From positions 1-37,433 of IMG/VR virus record IMGVR_UViG_3300031949_001698: a DNA stretch of 37,433 bases, one strand, 5' to 3'. The notes beneath the pieces are model-generated. The model saw only the letters and a list, made by a program, of their open reading frames with translations, had not been told where the DNA came from and did not search any database. The stretch is from a virus (lineage: Duplodnaviria; Caudoviricetes). Positions 36,455 through 37,433 of this stretch are shown here, piece after piece. Numbering within the stretch: position 1 is the stretch's first letter; each line of letters opens with the position of its first letter. The translations under genes and the position numbers were made by a program.

Positions 36455-36775
36455 ATGGAAGAGAAAGAAAACATGGAGAAGGAACCGCTAAATTATATCT
36501 GGAAATCTGATGTGTACAAGACAGGTATGTGGGAAAATTGTAGGGCATCTTTCGGTATTTCGAAAAACAAAGACTATGCGGAGCTAGAGTACGAAAAGGC
36601 CGAGTGGATTGGGAGCACAGGTTCACTAAAAACAAAAATACACAAATACAGAGGGAAGGCGGAAGTGGCTGAAATTACGGCGAAAATAGAGGGAGTGTTG
36701 CGCAAAATATCCAGGGAAACGGGAGATGAGTATAATGCGCTGCTATTTTTCGACGAAATGGGATTTTACGGCTAA
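36455..36775 (+). CDS. Hypothetical protein, first gene of the early arm
   Basis: Strong AAGGAG RBS; 106 aa; no recognised motif. Confidence 0.75.
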   Translation: MEEKENMEKEPLNYIWKSDVYKTGMWENCRASFGISKNKDYAELEYEKAEWIGSTGSLKTKIHKYRGKAEVAEITAKIEGVLRKISRETGDEYNALLFFDEMGFYG

Positions 36776-36860
36776 AATGGAAAATCTCGTTATAATTAAT
36801 CCCCAGACTCAGCTTATAGCCACAGGCTGGGATGTAGGGATTAAAAAAAGGAGAAGGAAA

Positions 36861-37433
36861 ATGTGCAAACTAATTTCCGGGGTCTATCATAAGCAGAAAG
36901 GATTAGTAGTCTCTAAAGATACGGATTCTCACTCAGATATTTTGAGTGAGTTTGGTATATCAGATACTAAACGATCCTCTCTTTTTGCTAAAACGGAATT
37001 AATTCCCAAGCATTGTACTACTTTAAGTGAAAAAGATTTTAAAAAATGGGCAGTAGTTATTGATGAAAAAAATGCCCCAGATTGGTTAAACTTAGAAATG
37101 TTAACCAATGCTTGGAAAAATTGGTTTAGGGAGCATAATATTAAAGAAAGATATAAAAATTTTAAAGGGGATATTGATTTGTCTAGAAATACTGGTTTAA
37201 CCAGTATTTCTAATTTAAAATCTAATAGAGATATTTATTTATATGATTGCACCAATTTAACCTGTGTTTCTAATTTAAAAGCTGGTGGACATATTTTTTT
37301 AAATGGTTGTACTAAAATGATTATATCTTTATTGGCTAGTTATGCGATTGCCAGCCTTTTAGAAGATTATCTCCCTTTTTGGGCTATTCTATTAATTGCA
37401 GTATTTGTTGGTTTTCTTGTAGGGGTTTTATAG
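36861..37433 (+). CDS. Phage protein with short LRR-like repeats and hydrophobic C-terminus
   Basis: AAGGAG RBS before MCKLISG; repeats GDIDLSRNTGLTSISNLKS / RDIYLYDCTNLTCVSNLKA / GHIFLNGCT. Confidence 0.7.
   Translation: MCKLISGVYHKQKGLVVSKDTDSHSDILSEFGISDTKRSSLFAKTELIPKHCTTLSEKDFKKWAVVIDEKNAPDWLNLEMLTNAWKNWFREHNIKERYKNFKGDIDLSRNTGLTSISNLKSNRDIYLYDCTNLTCVSNLKAGGHIFLNGCTKMIISLLASYAIASLLEDYLPFWAILLIAVFVGFLVGVL

Noticed and set aside
1-37433. Stop-codon recoding, terminal repeats, integrase/att sites, introns or inteins
   Set aside because: Genes are full length in standard code, window ends do not overlap, no integrase was recognised, and TerL and DnaB have normal lengths.

Overview
An apparently near-complete but unclosed genome of a short-tailed (P22/N4-like podovirus architecture) dsDNA phage or prophage, AT-rich and read in standard code. 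The + strand (1-12283, resuming at 36455) carries early genes: a partial 42-aa TPR array gene, SSB, YqaJ exonuclease with a putative annealing protein, an M15 peptidase, a lambda-O-like initiator containing iterons, ASCH-like, VRR-NUC, Gp37/Gp68, a methylase remnant, a membrane-anchored HigA-like protein and DnaB. The - strand (35406-12280) is one late operon: tandem-OB protein, TerL, portal, scaffold, major capsid, two adaptor paralogs, tailspike, holin-like genes, nozzle and three ejection proteins. No integrase, CI-type repressor, polymerase, RT, tRNA or CRISPR array was recognised. The strongest leads are regulatory. First, a perfect sigma54 -24/-12 promoter with three TGT-N12-ACA enhancer-like sites and IHF-like sites precedes the early arm, and no activator is encoded in the window. 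Second, a C4-antisense-like three-way-junction RNA has a loop complementary to the duplicated RBS of the replication initiator. Third, a probably leaderless double-SSB gene sits where TerS is expected. All product calls come from motif recognition and gene order by eye; no searches were run.
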